The position numbers and the translations under genes are program-made. Shown here one piece after another: positions 28,037-42,342 of a DNA stretch of 64,000 nucleotides. Each line of letters starts with the position of its first letter. The stretch's first letter is position 1. The notes under the pieces were generated by a model that saw only the letters and a list, made by a program, of their open reading frames with translations, was not told the DNA's origin and made no database searches. The stretch is from Daphnia carinata (Eukaryota), in NCBI RefSeq assembly GCF_022539665.2, contig NC_081331.1, positions 7,130,001 to 7,194,000 of the forward strand, in the 5' to 3' direction.

Positions 28037-29047
28037 GCCAATCACACGCATGAGGGCAAATCATCTTTTTATTTTATGATTAGGGCTTTGTTTTGACGAT
28101 GGCGAATGAGAAGGGCATCATCCGAATGGAGCGGAAGTCAATTTTTTTTTTTTTTTATTGCCATATTTTTCTGCCAGGGTAGGTGGAGGAAGAGGGGTTC
28201 GAGTTGATTGTGTGTTGTTTGAAAAAAAAAAAAAAATATATCGACTGGGTTGGATCTCTTGCCACCACGTCTCGTTACGATGTGCAACAAGGGCTAATAC
28301 ATTCCGGATGCAGCTGTTGCAACCGAATAACAAGAGTGCGAAGATGTTCTTCCAACACGCAGCATCCCTCCCTCCCTCCCTTTTTTTTTTTTTTTCCTCT
28401 CTTACGTTCCATCCGCCTTCTTCGACTACCCCCACCATCTTTTTTTTTTTTTTTTTTTTTTTTGCCCCCTTCGAAATAGAGAGAAGTTCAACCAACAACA
28501 TGTAACCCCTACGCACATACTGCACGACACAAGAAGAAGATGTCTTGGGATGTTGAAAGGGGGGGGGGGGGATTTCAAGATGTGCACGAGTTTTCTTCCA
28601 AAACAGTTTGGGGTGCAGCCCTTTTTTTTTTTTTTTTCCTCTCCACCAAACAGCAAAACGTAATATCAGCAATAGATTTTTATTTTTAAAAAGGGGGTAA
28701 AAATTTAAAAAGAAAAAAGAAGGAGAAGGAGATTGGATTCTAATTTGGTTTCACGGGGTTTCAGGCACGTACCGGACATCAACTCCGCATCCCCCCCCCC
28801 CCCCCCCTCCTTTTTTTTTTTTTTTTTTTTATGTCGCCTTCTCATCTGTTGTTTTTATTTTGAGTTTGAGGATTTCGTTTTGTCTTTAAATGTTTTCCAC
28901 GTCTCTCCTCCCTTGTTCATTAAAAATAAGAAATGCAATTTAAATTTTCAAAAAAGAGATTGGGAAAATGGCGAATCCAATGACCATGCCTTGCTGGTTG
29001 ATGCCTTTCAAAGTCATCAAACCGTTTTTTTTTTTTTTTTTTTTTAA

Positions 29048-29079
<32 letters not shown>

Positions 29080-29499
29080 CGCCGTTTCGCCACGTTTCTT
29101 CTCTCGTTCTTAACCGGGGGAGGAAACGAGAAAAAAGGTTCTCTCGATCAGTCATTAACGTTGCGAGGGGGGGGGGGAGGAGGAGGAGAAAGAACAGAGT
29201 ACTATATATATATATATATATATATATTCCCAATGGCATCCATCCACTCCCCCCCCCCCCTCTAAGAAACAGATGGCTCCGTATTCAGCACTCATCAGTC
29301 AACGATATCGAATTAACTTTGTCGAGTGACTTTTTCTTCTTCTTCCAAAGTTTGAAACACGATCCGGCAGGCAAAAAAAAAAAAAAAAAAAAAAAATATA
29401 TATTAAAGGGGGGGGGGGGGGGGGGGGTGAGGCTGGAAAACGGTTCCAATGACCTTTTTTTTTTTTTTTTTTTTTAAAGTCCCTCCATGTGTCGTCTGT

Positions 29500-29538
<39 letters not shown>

Positions 29539-31110
29539 GCCAATAGATTTAATTTCAATTTCAATTTTTCTTTTTACCGGTCTCGTTTTGATTGAGACGC
29601 GCGGCCTCGTTACGCTCGCAAGTTGTTAAAGACAAACATTTTTGGATTTAAAAAAAAAATATATATATATATTTTTATTAGTTTTTGATGTTGGGTACGT
29701 TTTGCCTGCTTGTGTTTGTACACAAAGACCCCTCGGACGTGTGTGTCTATGTGTCTGTATATTATACACAATAGCCCCGAACACACACACACAGAAGAAA
29801 GGAAAGAAAAGAGATCAACGGGTGCTCTTTCTCTAGTAGACCTTTGGAGCCCTGTCGATAGCCATCGTAAAACATTATACTGGAACACTTGTAAATTCCC
29901 TTCTTTTTTTTTTTTTTTGCTCATACAAAAAAAAAAAGAATGGCATTCGACTTTGAGAAATGTGTTTCGATTCTTGTGTCGTATTTATTCGATCTGCCCT
30001 TGACTGTGTGGGTCATTACGAACAGTAAGAGAGGCCTCCGTTTTTGTTTTTTATATTTCAAATGTTGACCGTTACCGCCCGTTGGTCCTCGGCACATCAA
30101 CGAACGAGACAAGATTTCGAAACAGACACACACACACATCGAGTCAAAGACTTGTCAATTGTTTCAAACGATAATGGCCGACCTGCCACCCGATATCGAA
30201 ATGCAAGTGCTGCTGGTGCGCTGTGGGGGGGGGGGGGGGAATGGGACCAGACGCTTGTACCGTTTTCTCTTTTTGAAAGGCCTATTCCCGTGTCACATTG
30301 CAACTTTTTGCCTTTTATTTTTGTGGGGGGGGGGGGAAGGAGGTGGGGGTTCATATGATTCGCTTCCATCTTCTTTTCCCTTATACAGGCTCCTCTGCTC
30401 ATCTGATTCCGCTAAAAAACTAAAAAAAAAAAAACTCTTGAGAAAGGGACTTGATTTTGACCAGAAACTTTGAAGTCTCTCTTTTGCCTACGAACTCGAG
30501 AGATCTGTTTAATTTTCTACCCCCCTCTCCCCATATTGACCCCCCTCCCTTTTTTTTTTTTTTTTTTTTGCCTTTCTATTCCCTCATCCTGTTGCTCATT
30601 TCCACCGTCTGGTTGAGATTGGTCGTGGGAAACAACGGGACTTGTGTGTGTGTGTGTGTGTACTCTATTGGTACAGAAACAAAAAAAAAAAATCAAAAAT
30701 AAAAATGCTGGGGACATGACATTCCTTCTGTTTTTATGATATGTCCGACACTCGACGACGACCCTAAGCCAAACAAGAAAAAAAAAAAAAATCAATCCCA
30801 CCAGACAGTTGCTGTTCGCCCCTTTCATTAAAAAAAAAAAAATGTATGAGCGTTGTGTGTAGTAGGCCTTCGCGCTGGTAAGGTAAATGACGCTCTTCTT
30901 CTTGTTGGACGCCATTTTGTTTTTGCGTCGTGCGAAAGGGACTTTCAGCTTTTCATTCAATTGAATAGAGAAACATTGGCATTTTATGGCGTGTCGCATT
31001 CATCCCGTGCATGAAATTTCTGCACGGCTTATTGCGATCGTAACCTGAATTTGAAACCGGTCCCTACTAAAACTCGTCAGTCAATTCGTCCTTGCAGGCC
31101 AACTAGACTT

Positions 31111-31142
<32 letters not shown>

Positions 31143-34100
31143 TGATATGAGAAAGAAAGGTGGAACGTATTTTTATTTTTTAAAGACGAAATAAAAAAAA
31201 AAAGAAAAGATGGAGGGGAATAAAAAAAATCTCCCTGCGCATTTGCTGCTGTGAGGGATTGTCAACGATAGTTTTCTTCAATTTTATGGCGACTGCGGAA
31301 CGGATTGATTGTAAATAACCTGCTGTTCAGTTCTCCTCCGTTTCTCTATATATCCCTCCACTTCTTTTTTTTCTTTTTTTTTGTTTTTACGATCATCTTC
31401 CAAAGTGGCGAATTCGCCATCTCTTTTTTCCTTTTTTTTTTTTCTTCTTCTTCTTCTTCTTCATTTTCTTTTGTTTGCAAGAAGAGAGCGAAGATGAAGG
31501 GAAACAAGTTTTTTTTTTTTTTTTTCATTTTATTATTATTTTTTTTTTTAAAGAACGAAGGTGTAGATTTTCGACGGCCATCGAGGGATGAAGCAGATTA
31601 GTAGCCGATGGACCATATGGAAAGTTTCTCTTTTTTTTTTTTTGCGCGCTGCGGGTTGTGCTGCCCTCGTCTTATTTTTTTTTTTTTATTGCCCGTCTGT
31701 CAGTTGGTAGGTTCTCGTGTGTGTGTGAGCGTGGGATGTGTGCAGTTGTTTCTTGACCACTTCCTCCACTTGGCAAAGAGAAAGAAAATTCACATCTTTT
31801 TCGCTCTCTCTCTCTCTCTCTCTGCCTTCCCCCGTTCTATGCGTCCATTTCTTGATGCGTTTCAAATTAAAATGGCACCGATATTCGATATCCTCTTTCT
31901 TTTCTTTTCTTTTGCAGACGAGTCATCTCGTCTGTTAAAACAGAGAAGCAGGGGATGGACAAAATTTCAAACAAAATGAGAAGGCAAACGCGGTGTGGGT
32001 GATGTCTGTAGCGATTTCAACGCCAGCATTCGACTCTAACCAGCTGCTGCTCGTTGATGGAAGCGAAAAAAAAAAAGAAAAGAAAGATGATGGCAGGGAG
32101 AGATAGAGGAGAAACACATTCGTGTCTTTCTTAATTTTTTTTTTGTTTTTTTTTCCCCTTTTCTTTTTAAAGCTCTTTTCTGTCTGGGCTCGTTTGATTG
32201 GGCAATCTCGATGAAAATGCATCGCCTCGAGTTTTGTTTGTCCCGTTTTGAAAAAAGAAAAACGAAATCTAAATGCAGCGCGTGCTGTTGGTGGTTGTCG
32301 ATGGCGCAAAATGAGTCGAAAGTGTTCGATGCTCCCATCGGTGGTAATCGACTTTTTTTTTCAGATAGGGGAGACCCCTTTTCTTTTTTTTTTTTTTTCT
32401 TTTTTTCTTAAATCTTTGATTCTTTCAGAAGATGAGGAACAAACAAACGCGAGGTGATGGGGGCGCCACGAACTGGCGATAGTCCGGCCGTTTGCGTGAC
32501 TGTCGGTCGTATGGCGCGCGCGCGTTTCAACTTGCGCGCGCGCGCGCGCGCTTATTTATATTTTTTTTTTCGAATTTTTTTTTTTTTTTTTTTTTCGTTT
32601 GAAAAAAAAAAAAATAATATAAATAAATAAAAGGCGTCGCGTTCAATATTATTACACTGCGGGGCCTCGGCGGAATTTATACGATCAAATTATCAGTGAA
32701 GAGGGGCAAGGACAAAGGGGGCGGAATGATGGAACGCCATCGCGCGCAACACTGTTTATTCGGTGGGTGCACGATGGGCGGGAATTTTGAAACGAGGAGG
32801 GACGGGCTGGATGACAGGAAAAGTCGGTTTGCTGGCTCACTCCACCACTTGTATACTTAACTCTTTTTTTTTTTTTTTTTTTTTTCCTCTCTGTGTGTGT
32901 GTACGTTTTTGTTTTTTTTCCCCGGATGTCTGACGTATTCTCATTTGAGAGAGAGAGAGGGAAAAGAAAAATGGACTCCCGGAAATAATCTCATCCCCCC
33001 CCCCCCCAACTGATTGTCCGCCTCCTGCAAACATTTTACCTCACACTCCGCCTCTCGTTATCTATCAGCGTTTACCTCCTTCGCATGGGATTGACTCTCT
33101 TTATTTATTTGTTTTTTTTTTTTTGTTTTTCACGCTTTTGCTCGTTGCCGTACATCGTGTCTGTAATGCGTTTGTGTTGTTTGGCAATCACGTAACGAGC
33201 CTTGTTTACTTATTGAACGCCACCTCCCCCTTTTCTTGAAAGAAAACGTTTGATTGTCTCGAGATTGGAGGAGATTGAAGAAATGTGGGACGTTAATTCA
33301 TCGCTACAAAAAAAAAAAAAAAAAAAAAAAAAACTACTCTCTCTCCCCTCCATTTTAAAGAAAAACAAACTCACAGTTTTGCTAGTGGGGGCAATTTCTT
33401 AGTTCCACTCTATATATATAATTTTGAGGTAGTTATTCCTTTTTATTATTTGAAAAAAAAAAAAAAAAAAAAAAAAAAGTTATATACATTTTCGAGTCGA
33501 AAAGAGAAGGGTTGGGGGGGGGGGAGAATAGGAGGAGAAGTTGAGGGTTTGGTCGAGTCGAGGGGGCGTGTCGCCGTGCACGAAGTAGCTGTCGGGACTG
33601 GGTCCAAGAAGGAATTCTCTCCATTGAATTACGATGGCCGTTTAATACACCACTTGTATTATGCATATATATGTATATTATATGTATATATATATATATA
33701 ACTTATATATATATATACATATAGCGAGAAAGAGGAAGAAAAAAAATAAGGGAAAATCTACTAGGCCCTACCTTTTATATGCTGAGCTTTGAGGTCAAGC
33801 GATCTCGCGTGCTTCTCTTCTGTCTAGCCAAGTTGCCTTTTTTTTTTTTTTCTCTCTTTAAATATTTTTTTCTTTATCCAAAGAAGAAAAAAAAAAAAAA
33901 AAAAAAAAGGAACTAATGAATGTTTTTTGATTGTTGTGTCTAATCAACTTGATATTTAAATGGCGCCACACCAGCCGCGTGTTGTTTGGCCCGTGTCTCT
34001 AAAATCGTGCACAACATGGACGGCTATCGAATGTAATCAACTTTTTGAATGTTGTTTGTGTGTGTGTGTCCTGTTGTTTTGAGGCCTTTTCTTTTCTCGT

Positions 34101-34181
34101 ATGGACTGCCGTCTTTAAACCGTATTATTTTTACGAATTAAAAAAAAGCCAAACGATGATTTTTCTCAGGGCTGTGGTTTC

Positions 34182-34212
<31 letters not shown>

Positions 34213-34299
34213 CGGGCAATTTCTAACCTGCTCGGGCCATAGGGGCAATAATTGCTTTCTGATATTGGAGATTGAAGGGATCATCATCAGGCCAGCCAA

Positions 34300-34331
<32 letters not shown>

Positions 34332-36428
34332 TTTGCCCCCCCTCTTCTGATTTCATGCCAAATTGATGGATGATATTTTTGCTAAATGCGTTTTCCTTCA
34401 TCTTTTTCCCTTCTAAGGGTGGGGAGTTGTACGTTTCTTTCTTTCTTTCTTTCTTTTTATTTTTTTTTTTTTTTTTGATGGCTGATGAGTTTCTCATTTA
34501 TTTATATATATATATTTTTTGCTATAGCCGATTCGAAATTGGCGCTCAAGGAAGAAGCCCTTCGGTTGTCGGTTCAATAGACTTAATCAGTCGATTTACA
34601 TACAGTTGGGAGGGTGTTTTTTTTTCTCTCTCTCTCTCTCTCTCTCTCTCCCCCCCCCCCCTTCTCCGGGTGTAGTAGGGGGTTGGGAAGTTCGAACTCT
34701 TATGATCCTTAAATGGCAGGGTCCCGAGTATATATTTTTTTTCTTTTTTCTTCTTCGAACTTGTGGCTGCCGCCGCCGATTGCCGCCTTCTTCGTGTTTC
34801 TTCTTCTTTTACTCTTGCCTTTTTCTTTTTTTTTTTTTTTTTTTTCATCCGTTTTCTTTCTTGTTTTTATTTATCGTTTTATAGCCCTTCACTCATACAT
34901 ACACACACGTATTAACCCACACGCATAGACATCGGCACACAAATGTAGCAAACCCCTTTCCATTTAGCAGGACGGATGGAGCTGGTCCGTCCGTCGTCTT
35001 CTCCACTTTTTTATTTATCTATTCTTCTCTTCTTCTTCTTTTTTTTTTTTTTTCTTTTCTTTTCTTGTTGTTTTGTTGTTGTTATATATTTTAATAGGCT
35101 GCTATAAGGTTTCATAGACGTACGGTTAGGGTAAGGGTAGGTAAAAGAAGAAGAAGAAGAGGAGGAAGATCTTAATACCTGTGGAAATGCTCATCACAGG
35201 GCCAACAGCGCACAACACTTTTTGGCCATATCTCCTTTACCTCTCTCTGTTTTCGTGTGTGTGTGTGTGTGTGTTATATTTTATTTGGTGAATTTTCTTC
35301 GATGGCCGAAAGATAAGAACATGAAATGGGGGGGAGGTGGAATAGAGAAAGAGAGACGTAAAGAGATAAGACACAGGGTTAAACCATCACCTCGCCTTAC
35401 TTCTTATAACCAACTATATATTTTTTTTTCTCTCTCTCTCTCTCTCTCTTTCGTCTTCGTTTCCCTCTCTCCCTTGTCTCGTTTTTTTTGGCTTCTACGG
35501 TCTATATACCTGTTTATGAACGATAGCCTGATCTGGAACTGCGATATCGATCGTCGACGGAATGCGCTTCTTTTCTTTCTGCCTTTCTTCTTCTTCTTCT
35601 TCTTATAACCACAGTTTTGTAGGCAGTACGTTGTTATTTTATTTTATTTTATTTTTTTTTTCATGATGGCTTTCAAGCAAGAGAGACTGCATTGTTGTTT
35701 TGCCGAGTTTTTACTTTCTATTGTCCCTCCTAGTCTATCGTTTCTCGGTTAAGAGGTTACCTCAAAGACACACATGCACACACACACACACGCACGTAGC
35801 CGAGAGACAGAGAAAAGAAGAGCCACATGATATATGGCTACTGTTTTTTTTTTGTTTTGTTTTTCTTCTTCTTCTTCTTCTTCTATTTGTTATTTATTTA
35901 GTTTTTTTTTTTTTTTTCGTGCTGTTGATGTTGGATTTAATATGGAACCAGTCTAGCTGAATAGGCCAATGTGTTTTGAAAGGACAACAAGCGCGGCCAT
36001 TGTATTTTGGCATACGCGGCTTCTTCGGGGGGGGGGGGGAGGAAACGAAAGAAAAAAAAGATGGCGGCTGTGTTACGTTTACGCATTTCGTTCGGCTACT
36101 AGGAAACAAACATTGTGAAAACACAGTTTTTGTGGCGTGTCTTTTTAGGAAGTCGTTTGAAAACAAACATGAAACGAAAACGAAAGCAAATGGTTTTTTA
36201 TTTTTCTTTGGCTCTGTCCACACCCCGTCGACGGGCTCCGATGTCAGGTGCGCCTGTGGGTTGGTTTGCGGTCGTAACGAGGCGCTCTCCTCTCTCTCGT
36301 ACGCACCTGCGACGTTCCATCCCACGTGAATTGCCTTTCCGTTTTCTGTTTTGACATTTAGATTTTATTGTTGACGAGAGGAAGAAGAAAAAGAAGAGCA
36401 CATGACATTTTTTTTTTTTTTTTTTCGG

Positions 36429-36459
<31 letters not shown>

Positions 36460-39400
36460 GAATTTAAAACAATTGGAAGAAACGGATGGAATGCATACGG
36501 AAAATGGTGGCTGGCATGTTGCTGATTGGGGGCTTTCCAAACAGCTACGACAATGAGATGATGTTTGTTTGCCGTCGTCGCATCAAAACACTGACGCAGA
36601 CACGATATTTCGGCTTTAATGAATTTTTTTTTTTTTCGTTTTGTTTTGTTTTTTATTTTTAAATTTTTCCGTTTGTCCCCCGTGTCTCTTTAACGACGTG
36701 CTTCTTTTGGGCTGCTGCCTCATCAAGGCATGATTAATGATTGTGTTTGTCTTGGACTGGTAGCGCACTCTTTGATCCTGGCAGCAGTTGCAACAGGAAG
36801 AGCAAGAGGCCAGTCATTAAATTGTCGTTAGAATCGAAATCCATATGGTCTGCGACATGTTTTCAAACTGCGAGTCAAAAGATGAGATGAGAAAAATGAA
36901 GGAAAAAGAAGAAAGAAAAAAAAAAAGGGTGGATTGTAATCCTTGTGTCGCGTTGATGGATTTTTCTAGCTCCTTATTTATTTTTTTCTTTTTTTAGTTT
37001 TTCTTTTATCAATAGTTTTGTTGTTCTGTTTTGTTTTTTCTTCGACGTTCGTTCACTGCCGGAGTTGATCATCGGTTATGCTAACGAGTTTAGGGTAAAG
37101 ATATATAAAAACATATCTGTTAGCGCCCACCTCTAAGTCACAGGTCGGGATGCTTAGACACACACACACGTTGGAAAGAGAGAGAGAGAGAGAGAAAGAA
37201 AAAAGGCAGAAAAAGATGCTTTCGATTTATGATGGTTTACGGTCTATCGGCGGCGCCGCCGCCGCCGCCGCCGAAGAAGCTTCCATCGAGACTGTTTGGC
37301 TTTACAATAGAACAAGACTTGAGAAGCCAATGTGTGCGTTCATCCATATTCAACGGTGCCGAGATAAAAAAAAAAAAGAAAGAAAATAAATAGAAGAGAG
37401 AGGATTCATTGCCAATCGGCCGCTGTCCGAACGTTGTCTGGTGAGGTGCGCGCGCGAGCGCGTCCGCTCTCAATTGTCCATCGCTTGTTGTGGGTAGCCT
37501 TTGGCTGCCATGGAGAATCTCTTTGAATTCTTCGTTGACCCTTTTTTTTTTTCTTCTTCTTCTTCTTCTTCTTCTTCTTCTTCTTCTTTGGCTATTCGAT
37601 GGTTTATGCATATTGGTTTCATTCTAATTTCGGATAGCCGTTGTGAACGGACGCCAAAATAAAAGGAGAGGGGCTACTGTTTTTTTTTTTCTTTTTCTTC
37701 ATCATCTGGCGATTATTTATTTAAATCGAGCGCGCCCGCAATCATGCGCCTTTCTTCGACTCGGTTCCTTTTTTTTTTTTTTTTTTGTTTTTTTGTTGTG
37801 TTCAAATGGAAAGACACAAGAGAACCCCGTTTGGCATTTGCATTCCAACATCAACGGCAGCCAGCCCATTTAATAATCTGCTTGGCATATTCATTCGGTT
37901 AGAAATTTATTGATTTGTCCCGTCGAAGAATTTTACTTTTTTTTTCTTCCTTTTCTTTTCTACATTTTACTTTAACGTTCCATAGCCTTCTTTGTTATTC
38001 TTTTGTTCAATTTTTCTTTTTTTTTTTTTTTGAATCCTGGCTATTGTTTGGACCAAGACACTGGGCCTGTAATAAAAAAAAAGGGTTTATTTATTTATTT
38101 ATTTATTTTTTGTCTGTCGATAAAGTCTAACTCGTATTTGAATGCGCCATCTTTGGGACTGTAGGATCTCGCTGGTGTTGTCGAGCAATTGTGGTCTTGT
38201 CTGCCATTAACGCGACACAGACACAACACACAAGTACAAAGGGAAAAACCAAACGATCCTACAACACGTTTGTTTCCCTCGTTCCGATAAGACGTTTTTC
38301 TCTTGTGTGTGTGTGCAATACGCCACCTCCAGCTGCGTGGGAGGAGGAAACGATCCTCGATGTAGCCATTCTCTCTTCGTCTTTTATCATTTACCTTTTT
38401 TTTTTTTTTTTTTTTTTTTTTCAAAGAGAAACATTACAATTTTTCTTTTTATTCTTCAATATTTTTTCTTGTACCTACAATGTACGAGTTTCGTAAGGGA
38501 TTTTTCGAGGTCGAAACGTATTCGTCTTGTCAAAGTGATGAATCTGGAAACATTACGCCATAACTGTTTGACTCCCTCCTCCTTCCCCCCTTACCCCCCT
38601 GCTGCTGCTGAATCGGTGGAGGGAGGTAGTGGTTGTTTGGTTGGTGGTGGTGGTTTGCCTGGTTGGTGGCTTACTCCTTAACTGCCGTCTTGTCTCGATA
38701 AATTTCTCCTACGGACTGTGAAACGTGGAAAAGTTACGATAATTACGAACGATTTGTTTGGCTGCCAATCAAAGTCTTTGAATGTCTTGTTGGTCTTTCT
38801 TTTCTTTTCTTTTTTTTTTTTATTTATTATTTTTCTTTGTGTTCATAGTTTCTTTTTTTTTCTTTCTTAAACGTGACTGTGTCATTCCCTTTCTGTTAAA
38901 CTCAATTGCTAATTTTGAATTATTTTTCATTTTTTTTTTTTTTTCGTTGCAGTTGTACGAGCTGAACGACGATGCCGGACGCAAGGCTTTCCTCGACGAA
39001 CTCTTTGACTTTATGCAGAAGAGAGGTAGGACGCTCTCTCTTGCTATTTCTTCTCTACGTTTATTCAATCGGAAAATTGCGTGTTATTTATTGTGGGTCT
39101 CGTTGATGAGCTAGCAAACAAGTGGGTTGGCCGTGTAGTTGCAAGTAGTTCGTACGCATTCCGCGCAGTGTGTACCGATCAAGATGTCCTTCTCCTTTTT
39201 TTATCATACAAAAAAAAAAAAAGCTTAAGAATTCTGGCGAAAAAGAAAAATGGGCTCTATCAGTTTTAGGTGCAGTATGCGACGAAGAAATTTATTTCTA
39301 TATTTCCATGTAGAATGGGTAAAAAAAAAGTAAATAAAATAAAATAAAGGGACGCTTAGATGGGGATGAGAGGGGGGACTTGAGGCCGGCCTGGAAAAAG

Positions 39401-42308
39401 AAGAAGCAAATATGCAGCAAGAAACAGAAAAAAAAAGAAAGAAAGAAAGAAAGAGGGAAGATTTACAGCTAGAGAGAGTTTCCGATCAAATCCTTCAAAG
39501 TCAATAAAAAAAATTTCAACCTTCCAAATCCCAGCGAAATCCGCAGACCCCATCGGAGAGATCCCGGCGCGCGATAGGTCACCACCAGCATGCCCAGTAT
39601 ATATATATATATATTTTTTTCCCTCTCTTATTCCCCCCTCTGTCTTTTTTTTTTTTTTTTTTTTTTTTCATCTTTTACCTTTATTTGGCCATTTCTGAAA
39701 AAAAAAAAAAAAAAAAAAGTATAGGGACCACCTGTACATCGTACACGCGTTTTTGTTGCAGACTGGTCTCTCTCTCTCTCTTTCCCTCTTTTCCCTAAAA
39801 TTCATATCAAACTTTTGACCGAGGCCATATAAAGCCAACTCTGAAGAGATTTTTCACCCTACTCGAAAAAATGGGGAGGCATATCACAGGTATATATATA
39901 GGGACCCGTATAAAAATGAGAAGCCCCCGAAAAAAAAAAAAAAAAAAAAAAAGGCCTGAATAATAGCCTTTCGAAGGTAGTTTACTAGTAGTGTATAGTA
40001 GGAATGGAAAAGAAAGATGCACATTTATATTTATATGTAATGGCGCCTGTATTCCCGTCCGTTATATGCTGGACACACAAGCCGAGACGGATGCAATACC
40101 GGACGGACCCGGGCAAAAAAATAGTTGTATATAACAGATATAACCTCCCCCCCCCCCCCCCCCGAAATCCTTCTCTGAATGTTGTTGTCGAAGTGGCGAC
40201 TCTGTCTTGCTTTGCTCTTTGCTATTGCTGCTGCTTGTTAAAAGACAGGCCAGGCCAGCAGCCTTTTTTTTTTCTTTTTTCTTCCACCCGTGTCGGACAC
40301 AGGGCGCGCGATTTATGAGCACAATAAATCACAATGGCAGCTTCCGATACGGGTTGGTAGGGGCAGTTCATTGCTTTTGCTCGCTCTAGTCTGCACCTCG
40401 AATAGTTTCAGCGTCTGAGACAGGGACACGAACGTGGCAAAAGAGAGAAAATAACAACAGCCAATTGAGTCAAATGTTTCAGCGAACGTCAGTCGTCGTT
40501 GCCACGTCTACGAATTCGATCGCAATAATTGCTCTCCGCGTGATTGACCTTTACGTCAGTTAAACTAATCTCTTACGTTTTTTTTTTCTCCCGCCATCTT
40601 CGGGATGAGGCCTCTTTTGAATGCTTAAGGAAAGAGGAGAAGAAGAAGAAATTAAATAGAGTAGGAACGGACAGCGAGCCTTTTAAGGCCCGTAGTTTGA
40701 TAAACGATGCGTTTGAGATAACAAGAAGAAGTTGGAACGCTTGGCCGTATGAATCAAAAATTGAATAGAGCTAGAACGCGTCAGGGAGAGAAATTGAGGA
40801 AGCCACAAGAAATAACAAAAAAAAAAAAACAAATTAAATGGGGGGGGGGGGGAACGTTTCAAATAAAATATATCGAAAAAGAAAGAAGAGAGATGTGGGC
40901 CCTGCAAAGTCTTTAATAAACTCCCTCGTTTATAAAAGTCTACCAGTCGATTCAACGCCTTTCTTTTTTTTTTTTTTTTTTTTCTTTCTTTCTTTCTTTT
41001 TCCCTTACCTTTCTCGGAACGGTGAGCAAGAGGCGCACAGTAGATATTGTTTAGTATAATATGCGCGTGTATGCTGGGTGCTGTTGAACTTGCGCAAGCC
41101 GTTTGATTCACTGCGCTTTTATTCATCAGCCCTCCCGATATCGCCTTGAGAAGGAATAATAAATGAGAGTAACTTACAATACGGGACTAGTTGTGGATCA
41201 ATAGGCAAAGAGCCGTTGATTTATACACGCTACACGCCCCTCGTGATTGTTCCGTTTCTCCGATCTTGACCCGTCGTTTTCTTCCCCCAGCTTTGCCACT
41301 CTGGGTTGTCTGTACACACGACAAGATTAGTGTGGCGTATCTTTAAAAAAAAAAAAAAATAAAAATAAATAAAATAACTCTTTTCATCTTCGCTAGTGTT
41401 TCACGATTTAAGTTGAGCTCGTTCTTTCGTGCACGCGGGTTTCGCGTCGCTGTTTCCGCGGGCGTGACGCTTCGTTCATGTTCTTTTTTTTTTTCGTTGT
41501 TGGCCCCGGTTCGATTGGCACCCTGCTTCTCATTACGATACACGGACAGATCCAACTTCGTTCGCCCCTCGTGTTGTTTATTTCTATTTGGACGTAGAGC
41601 TCTTTTTTTTTCTCTCTCTCTCTCTCTCTAAATTGCCCAGTTAGAAAGAAAAAAGGAAGAAACAAAAAATGCCTAAAAAAAAATAAAAAGAAGGGGTCCG
41701 TTTTTTTTTTTTTTTCTTTGTTGCGAGATGTAATCGCCACTATACACGCAGCGTGTGTTGTGCCCTCTCTTTATTCTCAGCTTAACACAAACTCCAGACC
41801 CCGTCTGTTTGAATTGGAATTGTCGAAGGCTTATTCATGCACGGCAGAAAACAACAACGCCAAACAGAAAGAAAAAAAAAAAAAAAAAAACGAGATGGGG
41901 AAAAAAAAAAAAAAAGGGGGAAAGGCTATTGTGATTTTCACATCGGCCCGCCTTTTAATGGCGCATATTAAAAAGAAGAAGAAGAAAAAAAAAAAAAAAA
42001 AAAAGCGCGAGGCAGGCCCCGAAAAAAAAAAAGGTTTTCAGACCCATCATTTTAATGTAATGTTATATAAACGTAATGTAATGAATCTTTTATTTTTGAT
42101 ATCGCGCTGGGGCCGATGCTTACGATGCCCATTTTTTTTTTTCTGGCTTTTCGTGCGTGATTCCCACCCACTCTGGCGCTTGATGATGATGCGCCCAGAC
42201 CCCATTATTCTCGGACCACATAAATACAATATCTTATAAATAAGGGAGAATCGAAGCTTTTGTGTTTGTTTTTTTGTTTTCTTCTTTTTGTGGAATCGCT
42301 AGACAAAA

Positions 42309-42342
<34 letters not shown>

